Shown: positions 51,247 through 61,253, counted from the stretch's first letter. The stretch is 64,000 nucleotides of DNA from Candidatus Heimdallarchaeota archaeon (GCA_020353515.1 CP070695.1:928299-992298); one strand, 5' to 3'. The notes: generated from the sequence alone by a model not told the origin. Translations and numbers: made by a program.

Positions 51247-52029
51247 ATGAATAACAAAATCACCCTGCTTTCTCAAGAATTATCTACTCTTGTGAATCAA
51301 TTGAATGATAACCTTGAGAAAGTTATGGTTGTTCTTTTTGGTAGGTGCTCTGCTTTTTTCGATGGAAGGATTAAATCACATTTTACTGATGGGGATAGAG
51401 TTCTCATGATCAAAAAAGATCTAACCATCCTTTTACATGGATCCTCTGGAGTTAAACCTGTACAATGGCAATTAGCAGGAGCAGGAAAGGTCACATTCAA
51501 TGTAAAATCAGACATTCAACTTCAAATGGAAACCTATCGTCCCAAAACTGATGAGAGCTTTTTTATTAATTTCTCTGAAGTATATTTAGCTCTTTGCTAC
51601 AATATTTTTGAGTTTGATGAGGCTGCATCTATAATTGGTCACGAAAGGGATTTTGTTGAATATTTAATTAAAAATCCAGAGATTATCGAGCAAAATTTAC
51701 AGATTATTGACTCTGAAAAAGAAATTGATTTCGGATTCATTGATATTTGGGCAAAGGACCTTTCTAATAACTGTGTTATTATTGAAGTAAAAAGGACTAT
51801 GGCTACCCCTGCTGATGCTCACCAACTCAAACGGTATGTAGATTTCTTCCAAAAGAAGGGTGAGGAAGTTAGGGGGATCTTGGTTGCTACAGGGTTTCCA
51901 AAAAAAGTCAAAAATTACTTAAAAAGTTTTAATTTAGAGTCGTGTATAGTGCCTTGGCAAGATATTTTTCCTACAATTACACGGCCTTCTTCTGTTTCCC
52001 AAACAAAGAGATTAGATGATTTCTTTTAA
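51247..52029 (+). CDS. nucS: Endonuclease NucS/EndoMS (mismatch-specific PD-(D/E)xK nuclease)
   Basis: The N-domain is FGRCSAFFDGRIKSHFTDGDRVLMIKKDLTILLHGSSGVKPVQWQ. The C-terminal nuclease core is FGFIDIWAKD...VIIEVKR...AHQLKRYVDFF...VRGILVA. It ends with the PIP-like QTKRLDDFF. Confidence 0.8.
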   Translation: MNNKITLLSQELSTLVNQLNDNLEKVMVVLFGRCSAFFDGRIKSHFTDGDRVLMIKKDLTILLHGSSGVKPVQWQLAGAGKVTFNVKSDIQLQMETYRPKTDESFFINFSEVYLALCYNIFEFDEAASIIGHERDFVEYLIKNPEIIEQNLQIIDSEKEIDFGFIDIWAKDLSNNCVIIEVKRTMATPADAHQLKRYVDFFQKKGEEVRGILVATGFPKKVKNYLKSFNLESCIVPWQDIFPTITRPSSVSQTKRLDDFF

Positions 52030-52065
52030 GAAAAATTCTCTTAAAAATTTTTGAGGTGAATTGAA

Positions 52066-53034
52066 TTGGTTAAAAGTATAGTGATAGATTGTCATGCTGA
52101 CACATTATTAAAAAAATATCTTGAAGAAATGATGCCACTTTTGTTTGCCGAAAGGGGAATGAAATTTCATGCATCTAAAGATCTTTTAACACAAGGCGGA
52201 GTCGATATCCAAGTTTTTGCCATTTTTGTGCCACCAAAACTAGAAAAAATTGGTATAGAGGTATCATTAGAAATGATCACCCTCGCAAAAGAAATGGAAA
52301 AGGATGGGTTTATCCTTATTAAGTCTAAAAAAGATTTAAAAACAATTGAAAACAGTAAGAATGGAATTGGTATGGTTTTAAGTCTTGAAGGAACAGTCGC
52401 ACTTGAAAGAAATCTTCAACTTCTCCCAATTTTTTACGAATTAGGTATTCGCAATATTGGATTAAGCTGGAGCCGGAAAAATCTTTTCTGTGAAGGAACA
52501 GGTCTAACACAAGATAGCGATGAGGGAGAAGGAATATCTGTTCATGGTAAAGAACTACTTGAACAGATGGAATCTCTTGGTATCATCATTGATGTTTCAC
52601 ATCTAAATAAGAAGGGATTTGCTGATGTAGTGAAAGTAACTAGTGATCCTTTCATCGCCTCCCATTCAAATGCTTATCAGCTATGTCCAGTCAATCGAAA
52701 TTTAACAGATGAACAATTGATGGAAATTGCTAGCGCAGAGGGAGTTGTAGGTATTAATTTCTATCCACGATTTTTATCTCAAAATGATCCACAATCAGTT
52801 TCAATTAAAGATGTTATTCAGCACATAAAATATATTACTAACCTTTTAGGAGTTGATCACGTTGGATTGGGATCAGATTTTGATGGTATTGGAATTACTC
52901 CAAAAGGGTTAGAGACTGCCAGTAAAATAAAGAACATACCTCCCCTGTTAGAAGAAGAAGGTTTTAGCAATCAAGATATAGAGAAAATAATGGGTACTAA
53001 TTTTAAACGGGTATTCAACAGGGTTTGGAAGTAA
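52066..53034 (+). CDS. Membrane dipeptidase family (peptidase M19)
   Basis: VIDCHADTL, IIDVSHLN, ASHSNA, VGLGSDFDGI. TTG start. Confidence 0.85.
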   Translation: MVKSIVIDCHADTLLKKYLEEMMPLLFAERGMKFHASKDLLTQGGVDIQVFAIFVPPKLEKIGIEVSLEMITLAKEMEKDGFILIKSKKDLKTIENSKNGIGMVLSLEGTVALERNLQLLPIFYELGIRNIGLSWSRKNLFCEGTGLTQDSDEGEGISVHGKELLEQMESLGIIIDVSHLNKKGFADVVKVTSDPFIASHSNAYQLCPVNRNLTDEQLMEIASAEGVVGINFYPRFLSQNDPQSVSIKDVIQHIKYITNLLGVDHVGLGSDFDGIGITPKGLETASKIKNIPPLLEEEGFSNQDIEKIMGTNFKRVFNRVWK

Positions 53035-53062
53035 AAAGAACATCTAGAAATAAACTAGAATT

Positions 53063-53401
53063 CTAATCAAAATCGAAAATACTTCGGCCTTTATTGAATA
53101 ATTCGATATGACCACATCTCCTGCAGGTACACATAACCACTTTAAACGAGGTAAATCCCCATTTACTGTCTAGTCTGCCTGTATCCTTAGCGAAGTCTTG
53201 GCTTCCACATAAACTACAACGTATCACTAAATGTTCACCTGTGTTACGATGTCCGAATCCAATGGACTCTTGCCCTCTAGAAGGTGTTGCACGATGTTCA
53301 ACAATATTTGATGTATTTATTGATGTTCCACAAAATCGACAAAATTTTGCCTGACCCCCATTTTCTTGCCCACATGTCTCACAATAAACCATTTTAGTCA
53401 C
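53063..53401 (-). CDS. Small double zinc-ribbon protein (112 aa)
   Basis: CETCGQENGGQAKFCRFCG at the N-terminus, then CSLCGS...CTCRRCGH in the C-terminal half. Confidence 0.55.
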   Translation of the reverse strand: MTKMVYCETCGQENGGQAKFCRFCGTSINTSNIVEHRATPSRGQESIGFGHRNTGEHLVIRCSLCGSQDFAKDTGRLDSKWGFTSFKVVMCTCRRCGHIELFNKGRSIFDFD

Positions 53402-53612
53402 TCTTAAACAGAATTTAATCTCCTATGAAAAAATCTCCATTTGTTAAATTCAATTCAAAAGAAATTAAGGGTTTAAATAAGATTATGGATTTCGGAAGTT
53501 ACAAAATTGTATTTATCTGTCTGTTCGCTGAACTGAAAACTCTAATGAATTGAAGATCTTTTTTTGCTTTTAATGACGTATATTACCATTGATTTACAAT
53601 TCTATCAACGAT

Positions 53613-54812
53613 TCAAAGGGCTTGAACCTCATCCGAGGCTTCTTCGAAAAAGAAGAAGCATATAAAGATGCTAAAAAGGCCTATAAGTGTTCCACCAAGA
53701 AAATTTGGGCTAACTATATCATTAGCTGCAGCTAAGAATGCACCCATCATTGTGCCAATCAATAAGCCAAAATATTGAGACCCAATGTATAATCCCATTA
53801 TTTGGCCTCTTCCAGATTCGAGAGAATTTTCAGATATGAAAACTGGCGCTATAACAAACAAAATGGCATAAAATGGCAAACAGTATAATATGAAAATGAT
53901 AAGCGGATCCCTTAGTAGAAAAATAGATAGAGGGAATAGAGTGTATAGAAAGGTGGCAAGTAATACGAAAGGTTTTCTTTTGAACATATTTGCAGATTTT
54001 CCGACAAAATAAGTTACAAAAACACCAAATAGGGTTGCAATACTATTGGCTAATGCAATAAAACTAATGTTTTGGTTCAATTCATCTTGGATAAATATGG
54101 AGAAAAAATTCACGTATATAGAAGAAGATGAATTGATAAGAGCAATAAGAACTAAGAGTATTAGAATAGGTTTCATTGGTGGTTTTATTTCTGATGTAGA
54201 GGTTTGTCCTACATTTGAATGAGATATATTAGTTTGCGACCGATTTGTATAGGTTGTTTCTTTGAGTTTAAAAGCAGATACGAAAGTGAATAATGAAATG
54301 AACATTGCAATAGGAAACATTGCGCGAAAAGTTTCAATTGAATTTCCAGAAGCATTCAAAGCAAAAGCTAAAGATGCAAACACACTACCTACAAGAAAAC
54401 CAACACTAGCCATCATTCCAAGTCGTCCAAATTTTGCTGCTCGTTCATTCTCTTCGTAAAATGACATGAGTCTATTAAAAGCTGGAGTGAACCCAGAAAT
54501 TATGACATTAAATCCAATATAGAGAATGAAGAACAATAATTTATCCTGAATAAAAAAATAACATAAAAATGACACCGATAAAGTTCCAAGAGAGATTAAC
54601 ACTAGATTTTTCGATCCAAATTTATCACTAAGACGGCCAAAGAATCCTGTGGAGAAAATTAAGAAGAAGTATGGAATGGCAATAATTAAACCACTTCCTA
54701 TGAAATCCCTCTCAGAAAGGCCGAAGAAAAAATACCAGCTGATAAATGGTGCTGTAAGCGCCATTGGGAAGTGATAGAGTGCATATAAAACTTCTTCAAT
54801 TTTAAATGACAT
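53613..54812 (-). CDS. Major facilitator superfamily transporter
   Basis: About 12 hydrophobic helices, and the MFS loop motif GRLSDKFGSKN between TM2 and TM3. Confidence 0.75.
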   Translation of the reverse strand: MSFKIEEVLYALYHFPMALTAPFISWYFFFGLSERDFIGSGLIIAIPYFFLIFSTGFFGRLSDKFGSKNLVLISLGTLSVSFLCYFFIQDKLLFFILYIGFNVIISGFTPAFNRLMSFYEENERAAKFGRLGMMASVGFLVGSVFASLAFALNASGNSIETFRAMFPIAMFISLFTFVSAFKLKETTYTNRSQTNISHSNVGQTSTSEIKPPMKPILILLVLIALINSSSSIYVNFFSIFIQDELNQNISFIALANSIATLFGVFVTYFVGKSANMFKRKPFVLLATFLYTLFPLSIFLLRDPLIIFILYCLPFYAILFVIAPVFISENSLESGRGQIMGLYIGSQYFGLLIGTMMGAFLAAANDIVSPNFLGGTLIGLFSIFICFFFFEEASDEVQAL

Positions 54813-55019
54813 TCACTATGCTCCATATGGCAACAAAGACTTATTATTTAGATAGGTTTCGTTTAAACCAGAGTGATCAACAAATCAATCTAGAATAGAT
54901 GTGTATACCTCAAATTTAATTAAAAAATTTCAAGACCCAATGTAGATCTCACAACCAAACCATTTCCCTACCCAGAAGAAGAAATTCTAGTAAGCAATAA
55001 CCAATGTTTTGTGAGTTGA

Positions 55020-55526
55020 TTAAGAGGACTCCGTTATATGTAATACCCTTGATTCAATTTCATCAAATTCTATGTCTCCAGGGAATAACATTCGCGCTTC
55101 TTCAAGTAATCTCCTAGCCTCCCGAATCAGTTTAGCTTTTGCACTTACTTCAATCCAGACTATCCAGTCGATCTTTTCCATATGCAGCGGATATAATACG
55201 TTGAATTGTTTATAAAGGTTCTCTGCTTTTATGTAATAGCCAAAATCTTCTTCTCCCAATTTGAGATAGTTATCTGCTAACTTTCGAATTACCTCAATGT
55301 GTCTAGGAGGCGTACTCCGTGTTTCTGGTGTATTTAACCTCTCCTCGAGCAGTTTAACTTGTCCTTGTAAACTTGTTGTTGTTCGTCCTCTAACCACTGG
55401 CTTCCCAATTTCTGTCGTATCTTCTCGTTCGTCCAATCCCTTTTGAAATGAGAGTTCAGATTCTGTACGAACTTGTTTTACTTTTGATTTTCCGAACAAT
55501 TTTCTGAGAAAACCCATTAGTGACAC
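55020..55526 (-). CDS. Hypothetical protein (168 aa), helical, possibly TPR-like C-terminus
   Basis: A stand-alone ATG ORF. No firm motif. Confidence 0.4.
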   Translation of the reverse strand: MSLMGFLRKLFGKSKVKQVRTESELSFQKGLDEREDTTEIGKPVVRGRTTTSLQGQVKLLEERLNTPETRSTPPRHIEVIRKLADNYLKLGEEDFGYYIKAENLYKQFNVLYPLHMEKIDWIVWIEVSAKAKLIREARRLLEEARMLFPGDIEFDEIESRVLHITESS

Positions 55527-55700
55527 CTTTATCCATATAATCAGTCTTTAGAAAATGATTTGGAAAAATTTATTCGCGATTAAATTAATATTACTAATCC
55601 ACACCCCGTTTTTTAAACTTATGTGATTTTTATAATAGAAGTTAATCAATGCGCTATGTAAGTTTGTTCCAAATTTGAATCGAGAACTGTTGATTTTAGA

Positions 55701-56357
55701 ATGAAAAACAAGATAATGAGATTATTTGGTGTTCCAATATTAATAGTATTCATGAATTCAGGCTTTATTCTCTTTGCAGGAGAAGTATATACTTATCTCC
55801 ACACCCTGTTTCCAATAATTCTACTTAATGTGTTGATCAGTATAGATATTGTTATACGACCCACCTCAACAATAAAAGATGAATATAACCGATCAATCCT
55901 CATAATTTCATTTTTATCCTTACCAATTATACTCTTCTTACCTTATTTTGAATATAAGGTTATCCTATATCAAATTCTTACTCCTTCAATATTCAACTGG
56001 ACGATAATTGCGGGAAGTATATTATTACTTTTAGGTGGTACATTGCTATTAATTAGTCGAATGCAGCTTGGAAAATACGGAGGCCCAAGAATCGTAATTG
56101 AAAAAGAGCATCAGCTAATAACTAATGGAGTTTATAAATATATCCGTCATCCAATGTATTTAGGGTTTTTATTCATATTTTTTGGTTATTCTCTATCATT
56201 GGGAAGCCTTTTCATGACATTAGTGATTTGTTTCGTCTTCCTCCTTATATTTAAAAATCGAATCGATATTGAAGAAAGACTGTTACTTTCAGAATTTGGG
56301 GAAGAATATGCAAATTATATGAAACGGACTAAAAGACTGTTACCTTTTCTTTATTAA
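55701..56357 (+). CDS. Isoprenylcysteine carboxyl methyltransferase (ICMT)/phospholipid methyltransferase family membrane protein
   Basis: LITNGVYKYIRHPMYLGFLFIFFGYSL and EERLLLSEFGEEYANYMKRTKRLLPFLY. Multiple TM helices. Confidence 0.75.
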   Translation: MKNKIMRLFGVPILIVFMNSGFILFAGEVYTYLHTLFPIILLNVLISIDIVIRPTSTIKDEYNRSILIISFLSLPIILFLPYFEYKVILYQILTPSIFNWTIIAGSILLLLGGTLLLISRMQLGKYGGPRIVIEKEHQLITNGVYKYIRHPMYLGFLFIFFGYSLSLGSLFMTLVICFVFLLIFKNRIDIEERLLLSEFGEEYANYMKRTKRLLPFLY

Positions 56358-57603
56358 GCAGAACATTTTCAGGATCTTGATATTTCATCAGATCACTTGA
56401 CTTTCCAGTCTCTAATACCTCAGAAACAACGGAAAAAACCTTTCTTGGCAATTTTAGTCCTCTCCTTATCAATTCATTTTTCATCTCAGAAAGATCAGAG
56501 GACAAGAGTTCAATTACTTTAGCTGCTTTTGTGAAAGGTAATACTGATCTCCAATGTTTCTCGTCCACCCATTGATAATAATAAGCTAAGTTATGGAGGA
56601 TAGTACTTACTAAGAAATTTTTTTGAGGAACCCCTGGTGGAATATATCGGGGGACTCGATCTGGAATACCTACCTTTCGGCAATATTTGTGGCTCAATTT
56701 ACACACATTAATGACATCCTTATAGCTAGGGTTTGGATTCCCATACTTATTGTCGTTACTATAAAGATCTTGATACAAAGAAACTAAATCTGGAAAGTAT
56801 TTTTGAATAACATCAAAAAATTCTTGTTTATTTCTTCCAGGTTTGAGTGTCAAACCACCTGGTAGGACGAATTCGGCTTGAGCTTCTTTTGATTTTTGAA
56901 CTATTTGCTTAATATTCTCCTCTGAATCACCGATTCCAGGTAAGATAGGCATAAACACTATACCACCATGCAAGTTATTCTTCCTGACAGTTTTTAATGC
57001 CTGAAACCTTTGGGTTGATGATTGAGACCTAGGTTCGAATATTTTCTTTGTTTTCTCATCATTTAGTGATATTGAAAATGAAACATTAGCATAACTCAAT
57101 CGATTAATTTCGGTAAGTAAATCTAAATCCCGTAATACCAAAGTACTTTTGGTGAGAACCATTACTGGTACGCCAAAATCACGATTTTTCTCAAGTATTT
57201 TTCTGGTAATCTTGAATTTCTTCTCAGCTGGCTGATACACATCACAAACACCTCCACCAACAGCTATCGGAAAGATTGGTTTTCTTAATTGCTTTATCTT
57301 TGTTTTTTTGGCTGCTTGTGGAAGAAATCCCTCCAAATTATCCTTTCTTTTTCTAAACTCGGGATTCAATCCATTTTTAGTTAACTCTTTTTCATATTTT
57401 ATTGATGCATCCTCTTTAACCCTGATATGAGTACCAAAATTCTTGATACGATACCATTCCGCTTTTCCGTCACAATATGTGCAATTGTGTTCACATCCAC
57501 GATAAGGATTGACACTCCCAGATACCCAAAACCATGGGTCTGGATGAGAGTAGCGATTTAAAATTTTTGAACGACTCTCAACGGCTTGGTATCTAATTTC
57601 CAA
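56329..57603 (-). CDS. Radical SAM protein, SplB/COG1533 'DNA repair photolyase'-like
   Basis: The cluster motif is PYRGCEHNCTYCDG (CxxxCxxC) near the N-terminus. The 3' end overlaps the convergent ICMT-like gene by 29 nt. Confidence 0.75.
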   Translation of the reverse strand: MEIRYQAVESRSKILNRYSHPDPWFWVSGSVNPYRGCEHNCTYCDGKAEWYRIKNFGTHIRVKEDASIKYEKELTKNGLNPEFRKRKDNLEGFLPQAAKKTKIKQLRKPIFPIAVGGGVCDVYQPAEKKFKITRKILEKNRDFGVPVMVLTKSTLVLRDLDLLTEINRLSYANVSFSISLNDEKTKKIFEPRSQSSTQRFQALKTVRKNNLHGGIVFMPILPGIGDSEENIKQIVQKSKEAQAEFVLPGGLTLKPGRNKQEFFDVIQKYFPDLVSLYQDLYSNDNKYGNPNPSYKDVINVCKLSHKYCRKVGIPDRVPRYIPPGVPQKNFLVSTILHNLAYYYQWVDEKHWRSVLPFTKAAKVIELLSSDLSEMKNELIRRGLKLPRKVFSVVSEVLETGKSSDLMKYQDPENVLLNKEKVTVF

Positions 57604-57872
57604 AAATAAACACCGTAGATTAATAATTAGTCAAGGAGAAATAATCTAGGGGAATAAGGTCATAATATGCAATTTATGCGTTAATTTGTTTTCTTCTAAA
57701 TAAAATGATATTATTCTTCACTGACCTATAATTACAAGAAAACTCTCCAATCCTAGTGTTTCCCAATCACTTGTCTGAAAACGAAGGAAATAATATTTTT
57801 GGGGATGAAGAGTGTGTGAATGGAAAGAAATGTAATTAGAAATTATAATTTGTCAGGTTATGACAAAAGAGG

Positions 57873-58154
57873 TTATAAATTGATGAACCGTAAGAAAACG
57901 GACTGAGATGTAATAAGATAAAGACTTTCTCTTAGATCCTGTAGATTTGGTCTTTTTTCAACTAGATGGTATTTACGCAGTTGTCTCAATCCATATTGAA
58001 TTGTTCTTTCAGAATAAGGAAGTTCTTTCACTATATCCTTAACAGAAAGAGGAGATTTCTTCTCATCAAGTAATTGGAAAATAGCTTTTGCGCTGGGGGA
58101 AATCCTTATCTTTGCCTTTATTGCTGTATTGTCACCAGTAACGATATGTGACAT
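57873..58154 (-). CDS. Small winged-helix transcriptional regulator-like protein (93 aa)
   Basis: AIFQLLDEKKSPLSVKDIVKELPYSERTIQYGLRQLRKYHLVEKR shows an HTH + wing pattern. Confidence 0.5.
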   Translation of the reverse strand: MSHIVTGDNTAIKAKIRISPSAKAIFQLLDEKKSPLSVKDIVKELPYSERTIQYGLRQLRKYHLVEKRPNLQDLRESLYLITSQSVFLRFINL

Positions 58155-58254
58155 TTTTATAGCCTATTCCCGTAGTGTAATCACTTGAACTAATACATGC
58201 AAACTATTTATAAATCCACCTGCAAGTGCAATTGAATTGGAACACTGATGTGTT

Positions 58255-59442
58255 TTAATCTTTTTTCTTATTATCACTAGAACTTCGACGAAATGATTCT
58301 AAAATAATCTGGACTTCTTTTATGTATTGTTCTTTTTTTATTAGAATGTCAGAAAGCTCTTCCAACTCTGCTTTTAAAAAAATTAATTCCACTAAATTTT
58401 CGCTTGTATTTATCCCTGTTGCACGAATCCATTGCTTCAGTTTTTTGAATTCTGGAAATTGAGGAAAATTTAACCATGATCGAAAAATATGCAGCAGTTT
58501 TTTCTGTTCTCTATCGGTTATCTTTAGATCCAGACATACTGAAAGCCAATTCTCTTCTGAATACTCAATATTATCTGATAAAAAGAGTAATAATCCAAAT
58601 AATTTTACCCAGACATCCCGAGAAGGGATCTTTGAAAATTTTTTCAATATTTTCTCTGATTTAACACTATCAACATTTGATTTTGACAAAGGAAAATTAG
58701 GAAACAAAGCAGATAATACTTTAGCATCCCATAATAAGCGCAGACCCTTGGTAGGGTCTGGTAATAATAGTAACTTAAAGAACTCTTTCTGAAGCATAGT
58801 ATAGCTAAAAAATCTCGCTTTTTTCCCAATTGAAAGTGTAGCAGCTAATAAATTGGGATGGATCTTTAACTCAAATTGAGATACAAATCGTGCAAGTCGA
58901 ATAATACGTGTCCCATCTTCTGATATACGTGTATAAGCATCTCCTATTGTCTGTATGATTCCCTGCTTGAGATCTCTAAAACCATCATGCTTGTCGATAA
59001 ATCGTCGATTTCTAGGATCATAAGCAATAGCGTTGAAACTGAAATCACGCCGAGGTAAATCTTCTTCCAATGAATCTACAAAAACGATTTCTGGAGGACC
59101 AGATGAAGAATAAATCTCACGTCGGAAGGTACTTATATCAAAAACTGCATTTTTGTCAACAATTGCTAAAATCGTGCCGAATTCGCCCCCTATAGGCCTC
59201 GTTTTTATCCCCTTGGCGTTGAGAAATTTTTCAACTTCTTCAGGGCGAGCATCGGTTATAATATCGAAATCTATTGTTGGAGACCCAAGTAAACAATCAC
59301 GGATTGCTCCTCCCACGATGTACACTTCTTTATGTTGTGCCCATAAGATTTCAAAGACAAGTCGAAGTTCTGTAGGTATGGAATTACTAAGAATAGAAGT
59401 GTAATCGCTTAACTTTCTCATGGGTTCGGGGTTTTTCGACAT
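58255..59442 (-). CDS. Class II nucleotidyltransferase of the CCA-adding enzyme/poly(A) polymerase family (bacterial/eukaryotic type)
   Basis: Head-domain motifs: VYIVGGAIRDCLLG, IDFDIIT, LPRRDFSFNAIAY, ISEDGTRIIRLARF (EDxxR). Confidence 0.8.
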   Translation of the reverse strand: MSKNPEPMRKLSDYTSILSNSIPTELRLVFEILWAQHKEVYIVGGAIRDCLLGSPTIDFDIITDARPEEVEKFLNAKGIKTRPIGGEFGTILAIVDKNAVFDISTFRREIYSSSGPPEIVFVDSLEEDLPRRDFSFNAIAYDPRNRRFIDKHDGFRDLKQGIIQTIGDAYTRISEDGTRIIRLARFVSQFELKIHPNLLAATLSIGKKARFFSYTMLQKEFFKLLLLPDPTKGLRLLWDAKVLSALFPNFPLSKSNVDSVKSEKILKKFSKIPSRDVWVKLFGLLLFLSDNIEYSEENWLSVCLDLKITDREQKKLLHIFRSWLNFPQFPEFKKLKQWIRATGINTSENLVELIFLKAELEELSDILIKKEQYIKEVQIILESFRRSSSDNKKKD

Positions 59443-59465
59443 GATAATATCACAAAGTAGGCTAT

Positions 59466-60017
59466 TTAGATTTCATGATACGTGGGTAACGAAATATAAA
59501 TCGAAGGATAAAAGTCAGCTAAAGAATTCCTTAAGGAAATTCTTTGATCTTTTGCCTGATTAAGAGTTTTATAGATTCCTAATTGCAAAAGCTTTCGTCC
59601 TTCTAAATATAATTTAAAGAAGTTTAATTTCGAATCTCTAACAATAATTAACTGTAAGTCCTCATTGGGAATGATTCCACTAGTATTAATGAATGGGGAG
59701 CGAAAAAGAAGTTTGCGACCTGAATATATTTGATCGACTGTTAATATCATTATTGGTTGTTCATAAAGAGCATTAATAAAACTATAAACTCCGTAAATCC
59801 AACCAATTAAGGATGCAACAAAAATGGTGATTTCGAGAATTGAACCATAGAACATTGATTGACCTAATGAGATTATTAAAAGAATTAATAGCACACTAGA
59901 AAAACTTAATATCCCTGTCGAATAGATTAATCTTCTTAAACAAGGAGTCTCTCTTGGTAAAACGATTACTACTTTCTTTTCACGAATATTACGTAAGCGA
60001 AAAGCGATAATATTCAC
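59466..60017 (-). CDS. Membrane protein of unknown function (183 aa)
   Basis: Two central TM helices: GILSFSSVLLILLIISLG and ITIFVASLIGWIYGVY. Confidence 0.45.
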   Translation of the reverse strand: MNIIAFRLRNIREKKVVIVLPRETPCLRRLIYSTGILSFSSVLLILLIISLGQSMFYGSILEITIFVASLIGWIYGVYSFINALYEQPIMILTVDQIYSGRKLLFRSPFINTSGIIPNEDLQLIIVRDSKLNFFKLYLEGRKLLQLGIYKTLNQAKDQRISLRNSLADFYPSIYISLPTYHEI

Positions 60018-60025
60018 CTATCCAT

Positions 60026-60559
60026 CTAAAAACAAGTACAATATAAAGAATATAATGCTATCAATGTTTTTCCATCTTTAATTATTCCCTGATTGATATA
60101 TGAACGGATTTCATCAAATGAAAGGATTATTACTTTTGAGATCTCATCTGAGGAGATTGGGTTTCCAGTTTGTGAAATAATCCCAGTCCCTTTGTAAATG
60201 TACAGTACCTCAGATGAATATCCAATAGCGGGAACATATTTCAGAATGAATTCAAGGTTATTAACTTTGAACCCTGTTTCTTCGATGAACTCTCGTCGAA
60301 TACACTCTTCAGGATCTTCCCCTGAATTGATTTTTCCTGCTGGTATTTCGAGAGTTTCTTCGTGAACTGAGTATCGAAACTGTTTAACAAAAATTATCCG
60401 TCCATCTTCTAAGAGAGGTACTAAAGCAGCTGCATCAGGATGTTCCACCCGAATACGTTCTGTTACTCTCCCCGACGGAAGTTCCACCTCATCAAGATTG
60501 ACTGAAAAGGAACGTGCAGAAATTGTGGCAACAGTTCTTAATTTTCGCTCATTAATCAT
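60026..60559 (-). CDS. Nudix hydrolase (ADP-ribose pyrophosphatase-like)
   Basis: The complete Nudix box is GKINSGEDPEECIRREFIEETGF. Confidence 0.8.
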   Translation of the reverse strand: MINERKLRTVATISARSFSVNLDEVELPSGRVTERIRVEHPDAAALVPLLEDGRIIFVKQFRYSVHEETLEIPAGKINSGEDPEECIRREFIEETGFKVNNLEFILKYVPAIGYSSEVLYIYKGTGIISQTGNPISSDEISKVIILSFDEIRSYINQGIIKDGKTLIALYSLYCTCF

Positions 60560-60896
60560 CGTGTTTCACTGAATTAGCAATAATTTGTTTGCTAACATAA
60601 ATTATTTCTTCCAACAAAGTATTAAAACTTTTCCTTTCACTTTCAACACTTTCAGGGACCCCTTAATAAACTATATAAGGCAGAAAATGGAGAGAACCTT
60701 TGTGAGGACGATCATGACGAAAAGACAGATACTGATGGTGGGATAATGCATACATCGATACCAATGTCTTCAAGTCTACACGAGTTATTATCGAACAAAT
60801 ACTTTAAGTGATAAATAACAATCTCTAAAGTTAGTGAACGGATAATGACATAATAAAATGAAAATTTAAAGCGAGAACAGCCAAACATCAGAGTCA

Positions 60897-61253
60897 TTGC
60901 AGTTTATTTGGATGGTCAGTGGAATACTAGCAAGTGGTTTCGGAGTAATTAACTTCTTTGCAATGGCGATAATGTCAACAGGTGGGGAAGCTTATAGACA
61001 GACAGCTGAAATAGCTGCATTCTCAGGTATTTTCTGGCTATCTTTTGGAGTGGTAGCTGTCCTTGTTGGATTCGGTCTATTGAAATTAAAATATTATGCT
61101 TGGGTAGTCTTTGAAATTCAAACAGGTTTAGCAGCGTTGATTTTCTTATTTTATATCTTTTCAGGAGGATTATTCCTTGTGGCATCACTTGGATGCTTAT
61201 TCTTAATGGTTGTTGCATTTACTCTTCGAGATCAATTTAGAACACGAAACTAA
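60897..61253 (+). CDS. Small 4-TM membrane protein (118 aa)
   Basis: TTG start with four clear hydrophobic helices. There is a 4-nt convergent overlap with the ProRS stop. Confidence 0.45.
   Translation: MQFIWMVSGILASGFGVINFFAMAIMSTGGEAYRQTAEIAAFSGIFWLSFGVVAVLVGFGLLKLKYYAWVVFEIQTGLAALIFLFYIFSGGLFLVASLGCLFLMVVAFTLRDQFRTRN

Noticed and set aside
55701-56357. Idea that the ICMT-like methyltransferase processes the small GTPase at 42819-43355 (a eukaryote-like CaaX pathway)
   Set aside because: The GTPase ends ...NELI with no Cys or CaaX box. The genes are 12 kb apart, and ICMT/PEMT-family proteins are common in prokaryotes with unrelated roles.
60712-60897. 61-aa minus-strand ORF in the spacer between the Nudix and small membrane-protein genes
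   Set aside because: It has no start context or motif, and its composition is typical of AT-rich non-coding DNA. It is more likely a promoter region for the flanking divergent genes.
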